A DNA stretch of 64,000 nucleotides, from assembly GCA_041308845.1 (NCBI GenBank), contig JBFZAT010000022.1, positions 66,701-130,700 of the forward strand, given 5' to 3'. Under the pieces are notes generated by a model. It worked only from the letters and a program-made list of their open reading frames with translations, did not search any database and was not told where the DNA came from. This DNA is from Candidatus Omnitrophota bacterium. Its GTDB lineage: Bacteria > Omnitrophota > Gorgyraeia > Gygaellales > Profunditerraquicolaceae. Below are positions 49,737 through 59,951 of the stretch, piece by piece. The position numbers and the translations under genes are program-made. Position 1 is the stretch's first letter; the number at the start of each line of letters is the position of its first letter.

Positions 49737-52542
49737 TTCCGAATACAAGCATACTTTAAATTTACCCAGAACCGATTTTCCGATGAAAGCAGATTTACCT
49801 AAGCGGGAGCCGTTGATGCTGGAGGCCTGGAGAAACCAGGGGCTTTATGAGTTAATCCGTAAAAAACCAGCTTCCAAAGGTAAATATATTTTACATGACG
49901 GTCCGCCTTATGCTAATGGGGACATACATATCGGCCACGCTTTGAATAAAATACTAAAAGATATCGTCGTAAAATATAAAACCATGCAAGGCTATGATTG
50001 TCCCTACGTGCCTGGCTGGGATTGTCATGGTTTACCGATTGAGCATCAATTATTCAAGGAGTTAAAGATTGCCAAGCATCAGATCCCACAGTTAGAATTC
50101 AGGAAAAAGGCCCATGATTATGCGATGAAGTATGTGGTTAGCCAGAGGGAGCAGTTTAAGCGCTTGGGGGTGTTTGGGGAATGGGAGAATCCCTATTTAA
50201 CCTTAAGTTATGAATACGAAGAGGCGATTATCAACTCTTTTAACAATCTGTTCCGGCAGGGCTTTGTTAAACGCGGGCTTAAGCCGGTAAATTGGTGCTT
50301 TAAATGTGAGACGGCTTTGGCTGAAGCGGAGGTGGAATATGAGGAGCATGTTTCACCGTCAATATTCGTGAAATTCCAGGCCAAAGCAGCTAAAGGGTTA
50401 TTAGAGGACAGTTTCTTTGTGATTTGGACTACTACTCCTTGGACCTTGATTGCTAATGTGGCTGTAGCTGCGCATCCAGATTTCAGCTATTCTTATATTA
50501 AGACTAACCGGGGAAATTTGATTATTGCTGATTTGCGGTTACAAGTATTAGAAAAGATGGGGATTGATAAATACGAATTAATTAAGACTTTCAAAGGCAA
50601 AGATTTAGAAGGATTGGCTTATGAGCATCCGTTCGGATTGCGTTCAGGCAGAGTCGTGTTGGCAGATTATGTTTCAGCTCAAGAGGGCACAGGTTTGGTG
50701 CATACTGCTCCTGGACATGGTGCCGAGGATTATCAGACTGGGTTAAAATATGGTTTAGAGATTGTCATGCCGGTTGACCCCCGGGGTAAATTTGAAAGTT
50801 CTGCCGGAGAGTTCGCCGGGATGAATGTTTATGATGCCAATTCCCAGATTATCCAAAAGCTACAGTCTTTAGGGGCTTTGCTTTTAGAGCAAAAAATTTC
50901 TCACTCTTATCCGCATTGTTGGCGTTGTAAGCATCCGATAATTTTCCGGGCGACCAAGCAGTGGTTTTTAATCATTGACCATCAGGATTTACGTAACAAA
51001 GTTTTGCAAGCGATCAAAGAGCAGGTAACTTGGATTCCTGATGCCGGCAGAGAGAGGATTTCGGCGATGGTCCAGCTACGCCCGGATTGGTGTTTATCCC
51101 GGCAAAGATACTGGGGAGTGCCGGTTCCGGCATTGGTCTGCCAGGAGTGTAAAGAAGAATTCTTTGATGAAAGAGTAATTGAGCAATTTGCCAAGTTTTC
51201 CGCTGGGCAGGGTTCGGATTGCTGGTTTAGCCGGCCGACAGAAGATTTTATTCCTGCTGGGCTAGTCTGCCCGGTCTGTAAAAAAGGAAAATCTTTTGCT
51301 AAAGGGGCAGATATTTTGGATGTTTGGTTTGATTCCGGGGTGAGCAGCCAGGCGGTATTAAAGAAAAGAAAAGAACTCGCAGGGGTACCGGCGCAATTAT
51401 ATTTGGAAGGTTCGGATCAGCACCGGGGATGGTTTCAGTCATCGATTATTCCGGGGATGGCTATCGATGGTAAGCCGCCTTTTGAAAGCGTGTTGACCCA
51501 TGGCTTTGTGGTGGATGGGGAAGGCAAGAAGATGTCTAAATCACAGGGCAATGTTATTTCACCTGCCCAGATCATTAAGGATTACGGTGCGGATATTTTA
51601 AGGATGTGGGTAGCTTCTAGCGATTACAATGAGGATATCCGGATTTCTAAGGAAATTCTGGCCCGGCTTTCTGAGGCCTACCGCAAGATTCGCAATACGG
51701 CTAAATTTATTTTAAGCAATCTTTATGATTTTAATCCGGATACCGATAAAGTCCCTTATGATAAATTACGTAAAATTGATCAGTGGGTTCTTTACCGGAT
51801 GGAGGGGGTTAGGGATTATGTCGAAACTGCCTACGGCAGAGAACAAAATTCTCTTTTCGAATTTCACCGGGCATATAAAGGCATATACGATTTCTGTAAT
51901 GAAGAGCTTTCCATGTATTACCTGGATATGGTTAAGGGGCGTTTATACACTTATGCGGCTAACTCTCCGGAAAGGCGTGCTGCGCAAACTGCGGTTTATG
52001 AAGTATTAAGCTGTTTGTTGAAATTAATTGCTCCGATTTTAGTCTTTACCTCCGAGGAGATTTGGCAGAGCTTGCCTAAGGAGAAAAAGGATGCCGGCTG
52101 CCAGAGCGTGCATCTTTTGGATTTTCCAAAAACCAACCCTACTTTTAGGCAGGATGATCGTTTTGGGCAAGGGGCGAAGAATATAGATGAGGAATTAAAA
52201 GATTTAATCGAGCTGGTTTTGCAAGCGGCTAAACCCCTGGAAGAACTACGGGCAAAAGGCGTGATCGGCAGCTCTTTTGATGCACAAATAAATATATTGA
52301 CAAATACACAGGATCGTTATACATTCTTACAAAGCTGTGTAAGCCAGTTGCCAGAGATTTTTAAGGTTTCACTGGTGAACATAGTTTTAGACCAGAAGAG
52401 CAAGTTAAATCTTGCGGTGCAAGTAGAAAAAGCGGCTGGCGTTAAATGTCTGCGTTGCTGGAATTATTCTCTACAGGTCGGTAAGCATCAAGATCATCCT
52501 TTGATTTGTGATAATTGCCTCAGAGCTATCGGGGGAAAGTAA
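49726..52542 (+). CDS. ileS: Isoleucine--tRNA ligase
   Basis: The HIGH motif is PYANGDIHIGHAL and the KMSKS motif is present. A CP1 editing domain is present. The C-terminal zinc finger is CLRCWNY...CDNC. Confidence 0.95.
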   Translation: MSNNSEYKHTLNLPRTDFPMKADLPKREPLMLEAWRNQGLYELIRKKPASKGKYILHDGPPYANGDIHIGHALNKILKDIVVKYKTMQGYDCPYVPGWDCHGLPIEHQLFKELKIAKHQIPQLEFRKKAHDYAMKYVVSQREQFKRLGVFGEWENPYLTLSYEYEEAIINSFNNLFRQGFVKRGLKPVNWCFKCETALAEAEVEYEEHVSPSIFVKFQAKAAKGLLEDSFFVIWTTTPWTLIANVAVAAHPDFSYSYIKTNRGNLIIADLRLQVLEKMGIDKYELIKTFKGKDLEGLAYEHPFGLRSGRVVLADYVSAQEGTGLVHTAPGHGAEDYQTGLKYGLEIVMPVDPRGKFESSAGEFAGMNVYDANSQIIQKLQSLGALLLEQKISHSYPHCWRCKHPIIFRATKQWFLIIDHQDLRNKVLQAIKEQVTWIPDAGRERISAMVQLRPDWCLSRQRYWGVPVPALVCQECKEEFFDERVIEQFAKFSAGQGSDCWFSRPTEDFIPAGLVCPVCKKGKSFAKGADILDVWFDSGVSSQAVLKKRKELAGVPAQLYLEGSDQHRGWFQSSIIPGMAIDGKPPFESVLTHGFVVDGEGKKMSKSQGNVISPAQIIKDYGADILRMWVASSDYNEDIRISKEILARLSEAYRKIRNTAKFILSNLYDFNPDTDKVPYDKLRKIDQWVLYRMEGVRDYVETAYGREQNSLFEFHRAYKGIYDFCNEELSMYYLDMVKGRLYTYAANSPERRAAQTAVYEVLSCLLKLIAPILVFTSEEIWQSLPKEKKDAGCQSVHLLDFPKTNPTFRQDDRFGQGAKNIDEELKDLIELVLQAAKPLEELRAKGVIGSSFDAQINILTNTQDRYTFLQSCVSQLPEIFKVSLVNIVLDQKSKLNLAVQVEKAAGVKCLRCWNYSLQVGKHQDHPLICDNCLRAIGGK

Positions 52543-52543
52543 A

Positions 52544-52927
52544 GTGAAGAAAAAATTTTCGAAAAGCGATCTAAAGGAATTTAAAAAGATTGTACTGAAG
52601 AAAAAAGAAGAGATTCTTAATGATCTTAAGCATATTTCTGAAGATACTCTAAGAAAATCGCAAAAAGAAGCTTCCGGGGATATCTCTGGGTATACTTACC
52701 ATATGGCGGATGTAGCCACGGATAATTATGACCGTGAATTTTCGTTAGGTTTGGCTTCTAGCGAAAGAAAATCTCTCTATGAATTAGATGATGCTCTGAA
52801 GCGGATCGAAGAAGGGAGCTTCGGCATCTGCGATGATTGTAAATCTTCGATTACCAAGATTAGGTTAAAAGCCGTTCCTTCTGCCCGGTTGTGCATTAAA
52901 TGCCAGCAGAAAAAAGAAAAGAGATAA
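52544..52927 (+). CDS. DksA/TraR-family C4 zinc-finger protein
   Basis: The C-terminal motif is CDDCKSSI...CIKCQ. GTG 52544 is preferred, with a GGGGGAAAG RBS and no overlap with the ileS stop. Confidence 0.7.
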   Translation: MKKKFSKSDLKEFKKIVLKKKEEILNDLKHISEDTLRKSQKEASGDISGYTYHMADVATDNYDREFSLGLASSERKSLYELDDALKRIEEGSFGICDDCKSSITKIRLKAVPSARLCIKCQQKKEKR

Positions 52928-53379
52928 AAACTATAATTTATCGGATGATTTTTATCATCGTCTCTAGCGTAATTATATTGGATCAGGCTACCAAATTTTT
53001 CGCTTTAAAATTCCTGCAACTGAATACCCCAGTTCCGCTGATAAAAAATTTTTTCAATCTTACCCTGGTGTATAACCGCGGAGCGGCTTTTGGTTTCTTT
53101 CAGAATCATTGGCTGGTGTTTATTCCGGCTACTATTTTAGCCATCGGTTTAATCTTGATGCATTTGAGGAACAAATCCAATTCTTGGATGTTAAAACTAT
53201 CTTTGAGTTTAATTTTAGGCGGAGCCATTGGGAATCTAATTGATCGCGTACGCTTAGGTTTTGTAGTTGATTTTCTGGATTTTCGGGTTTGGCCGGTTTT
53301 TAATATAGCGGATTCAGCGATTACTATTGCTGCGCTGGTCTTAAGCTGGGAGTTATTATTTAATAAAAATGTTGCCTGA
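52900..53379 (+). CDS. lspA: Lipoprotein signal peptidase (signal peptidase II)
   Basis: The motifs are NRGAAFGFF and FVVDFLDFRVWPVFNIADSAI. It has 4 TM helices. Confidence 0.85.
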   Translation: MPAEKRKEIKTIIYRMIFIIVSSVIILDQATKFFALKFLQLNTPVPLIKNFFNLTLVYNRGAAFGFFQNHWLVFIPATILAIGLILMHLRNKSNSWMLKLSLSLILGGAIGNLIDRVRLGFVVDFLDFRVWPVFNIADSAITIAALVLSWELLFNKNVA

Positions 53380-54109
53380 AATCTGCCGATTTGGTAGTTT
53401 TACAATCTTTGCTTATGGTTTAATGCTGGTTTTGGCTTTTTTTGTTGTTGTCTATTTAAGCTCCCGGGAAGCCCGGCGGGAAAATATCGATGAGCAGCAG
53501 ATTTTTAATCTTTTTTTCTACATTTTTATTTTTGGAATTATCGGAGCCCGGTTGTTCTATGTATTGATGAATGCCAGTTTCTATCTGCGTTTTCCTTTGG
53601 AGATTTTAATGCTCCAGCATGGGGGGATGGCTTGGTTTGGGGGATTGATCTCCGGGACCTTGACTGCCATCTTTTTTATCCGCAAACACAGAATGCATCT
53701 GTTGAAAACCCTGGATTTATTAGTTCCTTTTATCGCTTTAGGGCAGGCCATCGGCAGGATCGGTTGTTTGCTTAACGGGTGTTGTTATGGCCGGGAATCC
53801 GAATGGGGTTTATATTTCCAGGTTTTAGATAAGACCTTGATCCCCACGCAGCTGTATTCTTCGTTGCTTTTACTGCTGATCTTTATTATTTTAAGAATTA
53901 TGCAGCAGAAGAAGCATTTAGCAGGTCAAATCCTCTGTAGCTACCTTTTGCTCTATTCCTTAAAAAGGTTTTTTATCGAATTTCTACGTAATGATAACCC
54001 CCGTTTTTTCTACGGGTTAACTGTTTTCCAAATTTTAAGCTTAATTATGTTTTTGTTCTCCCTGGGAATTTTATTTAAATTACTCAGGATTAAGCAAAAA
54101 CAGCGATAA
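53369..54109 (+). CDS. lgt: Prolipoprotein diacylglyceryl transferase
   Basis: The N-terminus is YGLMLVLAFF. The Lgt signature is GRIGCLLNGCCYG. Confidence 0.85.
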   Translation: MLPEICRFGSFTIFAYGLMLVLAFFVVVYLSSREARRENIDEQQIFNLFFYIFIFGIIGARLFYVLMNASFYLRFPLEILMLQHGGMAWFGGLISGTLTAIFFIRKHRMHLLKTLDLLVPFIALGQAIGRIGCLLNGCCYGRESEWGLYFQVLDKTLIPTQLYSSLLLLLIFIILRIMQQKKHLAGQILCSYLLLYSLKRFFIEFLRNDNPRFFYGLTVFQILSLIMFLFSLGILFKLLRIKQKQR

Positions 54110-54148
54110 GCATATCAATCTTGACCCTTGTCTTTAGTAACTTAAAAC

Positions 54149-55063
54149 ATGGAAAAATTATTATTAAAAGTCAAACCCGCAGAAGCTCAAAAACGTCTGG
54201 ACTTGCTTTTGGCGGAGTATTCTCTGCGTAATAATTTAGGTCTTTCGCGGACTAATATCCAGAAGCTTATCCGCGAGGGCAAAGTCTTTCTAAACTCTCA
54301 AGCGGTCAATAAGCCGCATCATAAGCTGAATCCGGATGATGAACTGCAGTTGTTTATTCCGCTAAAAGAAAAAACCGAGCTCCTGCCCGAAATAATACCT
54401 TTAGATATCATCTATGAGGACCCGGATATTGCGCTAATTAATAAACCGGTAGGTTTAGTGGTACATCCGGCGCCGGGGAACCGGAATCATACTTTAGTCA
54501 ATGCTTTATTAGGCCGTTTGACGGAACTTTCTGATATCAATAAAAACCGTCCAGGCATTGTGCATCGGCTGGATAAGGACACTAGCGGAATTCTGGTAAT
54601 CGCTAAAAATAATGCCGCTCATTTAAAATTAGTTAAACAGTTCGCCCAACATACTATTCAGCGTAAATATATTGCTTTAGTCAGCGGCCGAGTGGAATTT
54701 GATGAAGATATAATCGAAGTTCCTATCGGCAGACATCCTTTGAAACGGAAAAACATGGCAGTTTCATTCACTCAAAATACCAAATATGCTAAAACTGCCT
54801 ATAAAACATTGAAACGCACACAGAACTTTAGCCTTCTGGAATTAAGGCCTTTTACCGGGCGTACTCATCAATTACGCGTGCACCTGGCTTATTTAGGGCA
54901 TCCGATACTCGGTGACGCTAAATATGGCAAGCAGGATAATTTTCCCCGCTTGGCTTTGCATGCCCAAGAGCTGGGTTTTGTACATCCTACCACCAATCAG
55001 TTTATGCAATTTAGCAGTAAAATCCCCCCGGAGTTTCAGGATTTTATCAAAAAGAATTTATAA
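54149..55063 (+). CDS. rluD: 23S rRNA pseudouridine synthase RluD (RluA family with N-terminal S4 domain)
   Basis: An S4-like N-terminus (RLDLLLAE) precedes the catalytic Asp motif HRLDKDTSG. Confidence 0.85.
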   Translation: MEKLLLKVKPAEAQKRLDLLLAEYSLRNNLGLSRTNIQKLIREGKVFLNSQAVNKPHHKLNPDDELQLFIPLKEKTELLPEIIPLDIIYEDPDIALINKPVGLVVHPAPGNRNHTLVNALLGRLTELSDINKNRPGIVHRLDKDTSGILVIAKNNAAHLKLVKQFAQHTIQRKYIALVSGRVEFDEDIIEVPIGRHPLKRKNMAVSFTQNTKYAKTAYKTLKRTQNFSLLELRPFTGRTHQLRVHLAYLGHPILGDAKYGKQDNFPRLALHAQELGFVHPTTNQFMQFSSKIPPEFQDFIKKNL

Positions 55064-55218
55064 TCGGTTTAACCGCCAGCCGAAGATAGTTTAGAAGTCG
55101 TAAACTATTAGGCAGGGGTGTGTTAAGTTATGGTGTCATTAAATTTCCCTTGATTTCTGCCTAACCGGTGTTATATTAAGGAGTAATAAATACAATGCAA
55201 ATAATAAAAGGAGGCAAA

Positions 55219-56085
55219 ATGTATCGTCGAGGCGCAATCTTATTGCCGGTTTTAATTATATTAGTTATCCTGTCTTTTGTTTTAGGTGCCGGCATATTTT
55301 ACTTATATCAGAATGAATATACTCAAAATATAAAATTGCAGGGTCAGATCGCCGAGTTGGAGAATCGTCAGAGGTCGACCGCTAGCCAGCTAGAGGCATC
55401 TAAACAGGCGGCTACGGAGCTAGAATTAAAATTACAAGAAACTAAAAGACGGATGGATGCTCTAGCCGAGGATTTGGCTGTAGAAAAAGCCGCACATGCT
55501 CAAACATCAGCTCAATTAGAACAATTCCAAGCGGATCTTTCTAACCAAAGAGCTTTGCGAGAAGAATTGGAGAATAGATTGGTTCAGGTACAGACGGATA
55601 GTCAGCAAATTAAGGAACAAATTAAAATTATCCAACAACAAAAGATTGAGTTAGAGGAAAAGATTAAAAATTTAGAAATTGGTGCTTCCGGAGTAGAGCT
55701 GGGTACAGTAGTGGTTAATCCGGAAGTAGCCCAGTTGGCTGAGGAGGTCCTCCAGGGGCAAGCCGCTGCTAAAACAACCGAAACAAAAACTGTGCCGCCG
55801 GTAGCTAAGTTCGTTAAGAGCGCTAAGAAAGAGCAGGTTGTTTTAGCCCAGGGCCAAGAAGGTAAAGTTCTAGTAGTAAATAATGAATTTAATTTTGCAG
55901 TGATTAATTTGGGCAGTAAAGACAAGGTGAGCGTTGGCGATGAATTTTTAGTTTCCCGCGCTGGTCAGTCGATCGGAGATTTAAAAGTAGAAAAGGTCCA
56001 TGAATTTATGTCTGCTGCCGGGTTTGCTCCCCAGCTTAAGGATTTAATTAAGGAAAATGATAAGGTAATGCAAAAGATAAAGTGA
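55219..56085 (+). CDS. Membrane-anchored coiled-coil protein with a C-terminal beta-rich domain (hypothetical)
   Basis: An AGGAGG RBS sits 5 nt before ATG 55219 (MYRRGAILLPVLIILVI...); the track's 55195 is an in-frame alternative. The central ~150 aa are heptad-rich (LQ...ELE...). The C-terminus is VLVVNNEFNFAVINLGSKDKVSVGDEFLV. Confidence 0.5.
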   Translation: MYRRGAILLPVLIILVILSFVLGAGIFYLYQNEYTQNIKLQGQIAELENRQRSTASQLEASKQAATELELKLQETKRRMDALAEDLAVEKAAHAQTSAQLEQFQADLSNQRALREELENRLVQVQTDSQQIKEQIKIIQQQKIELEEKIKNLEIGASGVELGTVVVNPEVAQLAEEVLQGQAAAKTTETKTVPPVAKFVKSAKKEQVVLAQGQEGKVLVVNNEFNFAVINLGSKDKVSVGDEFLVSRAGQSIGDLKVEKVHEFMSAAGFAPQLKDLIKENDKVMQKIK

Positions 56086-57455
56086 GCGGTATTATAAAGC
56101 TTGTTAACCCTCTAGAGATAAAAATTCCTCCCCCGCAAAAATCTTTTTTGATTAAAAGTAAATTTATACCCCGCGGTTGCATCAGGTTGGCCGGGGATAA
56201 GTCTATTGCTCATCGGGCATTGATCTTAAGCGCCTTGAGCGATAATAACACTAGGCTTAAGAACTTTCCCGTTCATGATGATTCTTTGGCTACTTTAAAC
56301 ACCTTGCGGGTATTGGGCGTAAAGATATTGTTTAAAAAAGGGTTAATTTATGTTTTTGGACGTGGTTTCCAGGGTTTAAATCCTCCTGAGCAGCCGCTTC
56401 AGGTAGGTAATTCCGGGACTACTTTGCGTTTGATCTTAGGGGTTTTAGCCGGATTACCTTTTAAGGTTAAAGTGATTGCCGGTAAATACCTGTCCGCACG
56501 TCCGATGTCTAGAGTAAATATTCCTTTACGTTTGATGGGGGCTAGAATTATTGCCCGTAAGAAGGCAAAAGAGGAATTTGCTCCCTTAGTTATTCGCGGA
56601 GGTGACCTTAAAGGCATTGTTTATCATTTGAAGATCGCTTCGGCGCAGGTGAAATCAGCGATACTTTTGGCGGGGCTGTTAGCTAAAGGTAGAACTCAGG
56701 TTTGCGAGCGTTTAAGCACTCGGGATCATACCGAAAGAATGCTTAAAACTTTTGGCGTAAATATTTCGATTCGTAACAAACGGATTATTTTGAAGCCTGG
56801 GTTGCCGCTAAGCAGTCCAGGCGAAATTTATATTCCCGGAGATATTTCTTCGGCAGCTTTTTTTATTGTTTTAGCTTTGATTATTCCGCAGGCGAGCATT
56901 ACTATTGAGCAAACTAGCCTTAATCCCAGCCGGATGGGATTGATTAAAGTGCTTAAAAGAATGGGGGCTAAGATTAATCTTTCGTCCTTACAATCTGCTC
57001 AGCCGGTTAGTTTCGAGCCTTGCGGTGACTTAAAAGTTATCAGCAGTAAACTTAAAGGCACGGTAGTGAACTCCAGGGAGATTCCTTATTTAGTTGATGA
57101 ATTACCAATTTTAATGGTCGCTGCTTGTTTTGCTCAAGGCTTAACCGTTATTAAAGGTGTAAGCGAGTTAAGAGTAAAGGAGACGGATCGCATTAATTCG
57201 ATGGTGTTTAATCTGCAAAGAATGGGGGCGGATATCCGGGTTAAGCGGGAGCTGGAGGCGGAGAATATTATTATCTACGGCGGCAGAAGTCTTCATGCTG
57301 CTAAGCTTAAAAGTTTTGGTGATCATCGGACAGCTATGAGCATGGTGGTGGCGGCGATGGCTGTGGGCGGTCAATCTATTCTAGATGATATTAGTTGCGT
57401 GAATAAATCCTTCCCCGATTTTTTAAAGAAGTTAAACAGTCTAAACCAGAAGTAG
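56082..57455 (+). CDS. aroA: 3-phosphoshikimate 1-carboxyvinyltransferase (EPSP synthase)
   Basis: The motifs are LAGDKSIAHRALILSAL, GNSGTTLRL, RVKETDRI, DHRTAMS and KSFPDF. Confidence 0.85.
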   Translation: MSGIIKLVNPLEIKIPPPQKSFLIKSKFIPRGCIRLAGDKSIAHRALILSALSDNNTRLKNFPVHDDSLATLNTLRVLGVKILFKKGLIYVFGRGFQGLNPPEQPLQVGNSGTTLRLILGVLAGLPFKVKVIAGKYLSARPMSRVNIPLRLMGARIIARKKAKEEFAPLVIRGGDLKGIVYHLKIASAQVKSAILLAGLLAKGRTQVCERLSTRDHTERMLKTFGVNISIRNKRIILKPGLPLSSPGEIYIPGDISSAAFFIVLALIIPQASITIEQTSLNPSRMGLIKVLKRMGAKINLSSLQSAQPVSFEPCGDLKVISSKLKGTVVNSREIPYLVDELPILMVAACFAQGLTVIKGVSELRVKETDRINSMVFNLQRMGADIRVKRELEAENIIIYGGRSLHAAKLKSFGDHRTAMSMVVAAMAVGGQSILDDISCVNKSFPDFLKKLNSLNQK

Positions 57456-57480
57456 CAAAAATAATCGCTTATTTATTTAT

Positions 57481-57509
57481 TTGACAAAAGGTGCAAATTT
57501 TGTTAAAAT
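57481..57509 (+). promoter_or_regulatory. Sigma70-like promoter TTGACA-17-TAAAAT for the mreBCD-mrdA-rodA operon
   Basis: TTGACA is at 57481-57486, with a 17-nt spacer and TAAAAT at 57504-57509. An AGGAG RBS precedes ATG 57539. Confidence 0.6.
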
Positions 57510-57538
57510 CTTATGTCGCATAATTTTAGGAGAAAAAT

Positions 57539-58612
57539 ATGGTAAATTGGACTCAGCATCTAAAGAAAGCGATTAATTATATTTTAGGTCTTTTTTCCAA
57601 TGATATGGGGATTGACTTAGGTACTGCTACTACCCTAGTCTTTGTTAAAGGGGAAGGAGTGGTACTTTGTGAGCCTTCTGTAGTTGCTATTGAGAGAGGT
57701 ACTTCGCATGTTTTAGCAGTTGGCGAAGAAGCTAAGCGCATGCTCGGACGCACCCCCGGGAATATCGTGGCCATCCGCCCGATGAAAGACGGAGTTATTT
57801 CGGACTTCGAAATTACCGAGGCGATGTTGCGGTATTTTATCAAAAAGGTTCATCACCGGAAAGTTTTAGTTAGGCCACGGATTGTAATTGCTATTCCCTC
57901 TGGTATCACTGAGGTGGAGAAAAGGGCGGTTAAAGATTCTGCTGAGCGAGCCGGAGCCAGGGAGGTTTTTTTAATCGAAGAGCCCATCGCCGCAGCTATC
58001 GGTGTCGGTTTACCTATTCAGGAACCTATCGGTAATATGATTATTGATATTGGCGGGGGCACAACGGAGATTGCCGTAATTTCACTCTGTGGCACCGTGT
58101 TTTCTAAATCTATCCGCATCGGCGGCGATGAAATGAATGAAGCGGTGATCGAATATCTGAAGAAGACTTATAATTTGATGGTAGGTGAACGTACTTCTGA
58201 AGAGATTAAGATCAAGATCGGTTCGGCTTATCCTTTAGAAGATGAGATGAGTATGGAGGTTAAGGGCCGGGATTTAGTGGCGGGTTTACCTAAAACCGTT
58301 ACGATCACTAGTGAAGAGATCCGTGAATCTTTGCAGGAACCTTTGCGGGCAATTTTAGAAGTAATCAAGATATCGTTAGAGAGGACTCCTCCGGAACTAG
58401 CGGCAGACTTGATTGATCATGGTATTGTTATGGCCGGAGGTGGTTCATTGCTCAAAGGGCTGGATAAACTAATTTCCGAAGAAACTGGTTTGCCTGTACA
58501 TATTACTGATGATCCGATTACCGCGGTAGCTAACGGAACAGGTATTGTGCTTAGTGAAATTCAGTATCTTAAGAAAGTTACCGTGCCGGTTAAGACCGAA
58601 GTACGGAATTAG
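57539..58612 (+). CDS. mreB: Rod shape-determining protein MreB (actin homologue)
   Basis: The motifs are [26 protein letters not shown] and [14 protein letters not shown]. Confidence 0.9.
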   Translation: MVNWTQHLKKAINYILGLFSNDMGIDLGTATTLVFVKGEGVVLCEPSVVAIERGTSHVLAVGEEAKRMLGRTPGNIVAIRPMKDGVISDFEITEAMLRYFIKKVHHRKVLVRPRIVIAIPSGITEVEKRAVKDSAERAGAREVFLIEEPIAAAIGVGLPIQEPIGNMIIDIGGGTTEIAVISLCGTVFSKSIRIGGDEMNEAVIEYLKKTYNLMVGERTSEEIKIKIGSAYPLEDEMSMEVKGRDLVAGLPKTVTITSEEIRESLQEPLRAILEVIKISLERTPPELAADLIDHGIVMAGGGSLLKGLDKLISEETGLPVHITDDPITAVANGTGIVLSEIQYLKKVTVPVKTEVRN

Positions 58613-58701
58613 CCACGAGGCTACACCAACGTAATTCCGATTAGCGTTGGGTGATGTAATTAACGCCGCGTGCATATCCAATCGTTGATTGTTTATTAAA
58701 T

Positions 58702-59475
58702 GTGTTTAAGTTACCCCGCAAAACCTTAATTAATTTCATCGTTATTTTTGGCTCACTGTTTTTATTATCTAATTTCTTATCTTGTTTTAAAAACTCCGCT
58801 CAAAAAACATTCAAACCGCATCTTTCTTTAGTCGGGCTGCTTAAGCGTGAACTGACGGGAATTATTTTTTATCACCGGAATATGATGCAGGCTGAAAGAT
58901 TACGCAACGAAGCAGATGCGTTGCGCTGGCGATTATTTGATTTGCGCGAAATCAGCCAGGAAAATGCCCGTTTAAATAATCTACTCAATTTTAAACAAAG
59001 ATCTCCTTTGCGTTTAGTGGCTGCCAAAGTTATCGGACGTTCTCCGGACAGTTGGTCTTCTAGTGTATTGATTGATAGAGGCAGGGAGAATGGCATTAAG
59101 CCGGGGATGGTAGTAGTGAGTCCTCAAGGGTTAGTGGGGAGTATAATCGAAAGCGCAGATAATACCAGTAAAGTGTTATTAATTAATGATCCTAATCAGG
59201 GCGTCTCTAGTATCGTACAGCGCAGCCGGCAGGAGGGGCTGGTGAGTGGTACTTTAGGCACCAATTTAATTATGCGCTATCTGCCAGAAGAGGCGCAAAT
59301 TGTAGTCGGCGATATTATTGTTACTTCGGAGTTGAGCCGGGTTTATCCTAAAGGATTACTGGTGGGCCGGGTAGTTAATCTTGGCCGGGAGTTTTCCGGG
59401 CTTAACCGTTATGCCCTGGTAAAACCATTGGTAGATTTGGCCAATATTGAAGAAGTTTTGGTGATTATCCCATGA
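58702..59475 (+). CDS. mreC: Rod shape-determining protein MreC
   Basis: It has a GTG start. An N-terminal TM helix and coiled coil are followed by beta domains (GMVVVSPQGLVGSI). It follows mreB. Confidence 0.8.
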   Translation: MFKLPRKTLINFIVIFGSLFLLSNFLSCFKNSAQKTFKPHLSLVGLLKRELTGIIFYHRNMMQAERLRNEADALRWRLFDLREISQENARLNNLLNFKQRSPLRLVAAKVIGRSPDSWSSSVLIDRGRENGIKPGMVVVSPQGLVGSIIESADNTSKVLLINDPNQGVSSIVQRSRQEGLVSGTLGTNLIMRYLPEEAQIVVGDIIVTSELSRVYPKGLLVGRVVNLGREFSGLNRYALVKPLVDLANIEEVLVIIP

Positions 59476-59948
59476 AAAAATTATTTCTTTTCTTGGGCAT
59501 AATATTTTTGGCGACATTGGGATTAATTTGGCCCAAGCCTTTACGTTTCTTTTATTGCCAGCCGGATTTGTTGCTAATCTTTATGGTGGCTTTAGTTTTT
59601 TATACCGATTTTAAGACGGCTTGGTTATTTGGTATGCTGGCCGGGCTGGCTAAAGACCTGTTTTTGCCTGGTAATTTTGCTATAAATACAATTTGTTTTG
59701 GCCTGTGGGGGTATGCTTTAGATAGGCTTAGCCGGCAAATTTCTACCGACGAACCTGCTGTACGTTTAGCTATTATTCTAGTAGTTGCATTGTTAAATAA
59801 TCTTATTCTTGGCTTGCAAAGTGTTTCGGCTGGCAATGTCATACCGGCCGGGATTTTTTTACGCAATTTAATTATTGTTAGCGTTTATACTACGGTGTTA
59901 GCACCTTTAATTTTTAAGCTCACAAAAAAGATAACCTTAGCTTTTTAA
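59472..59948 (+). CDS. mreD: Rod shape-determining protein MreD
   Basis: It is a 158-aa polytopic membrane protein that overlaps mreC by 4 nt. Confidence 0.65.
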   Translation: MKKLFLFLGIIFLATLGLIWPKPLRFFYCQPDLLLIFMVALVFYTDFKTAWLFGMLAGLAKDLFLPGNFAINTICFGLWGYALDRLSRQISTDEPAVRLAIILVVALLNNLILGLQSVSAGNVIPAGIFLRNLIIVSVYTTVLAPLIFKLTKKITLAF

Positions 59949-59951
59949 TCC

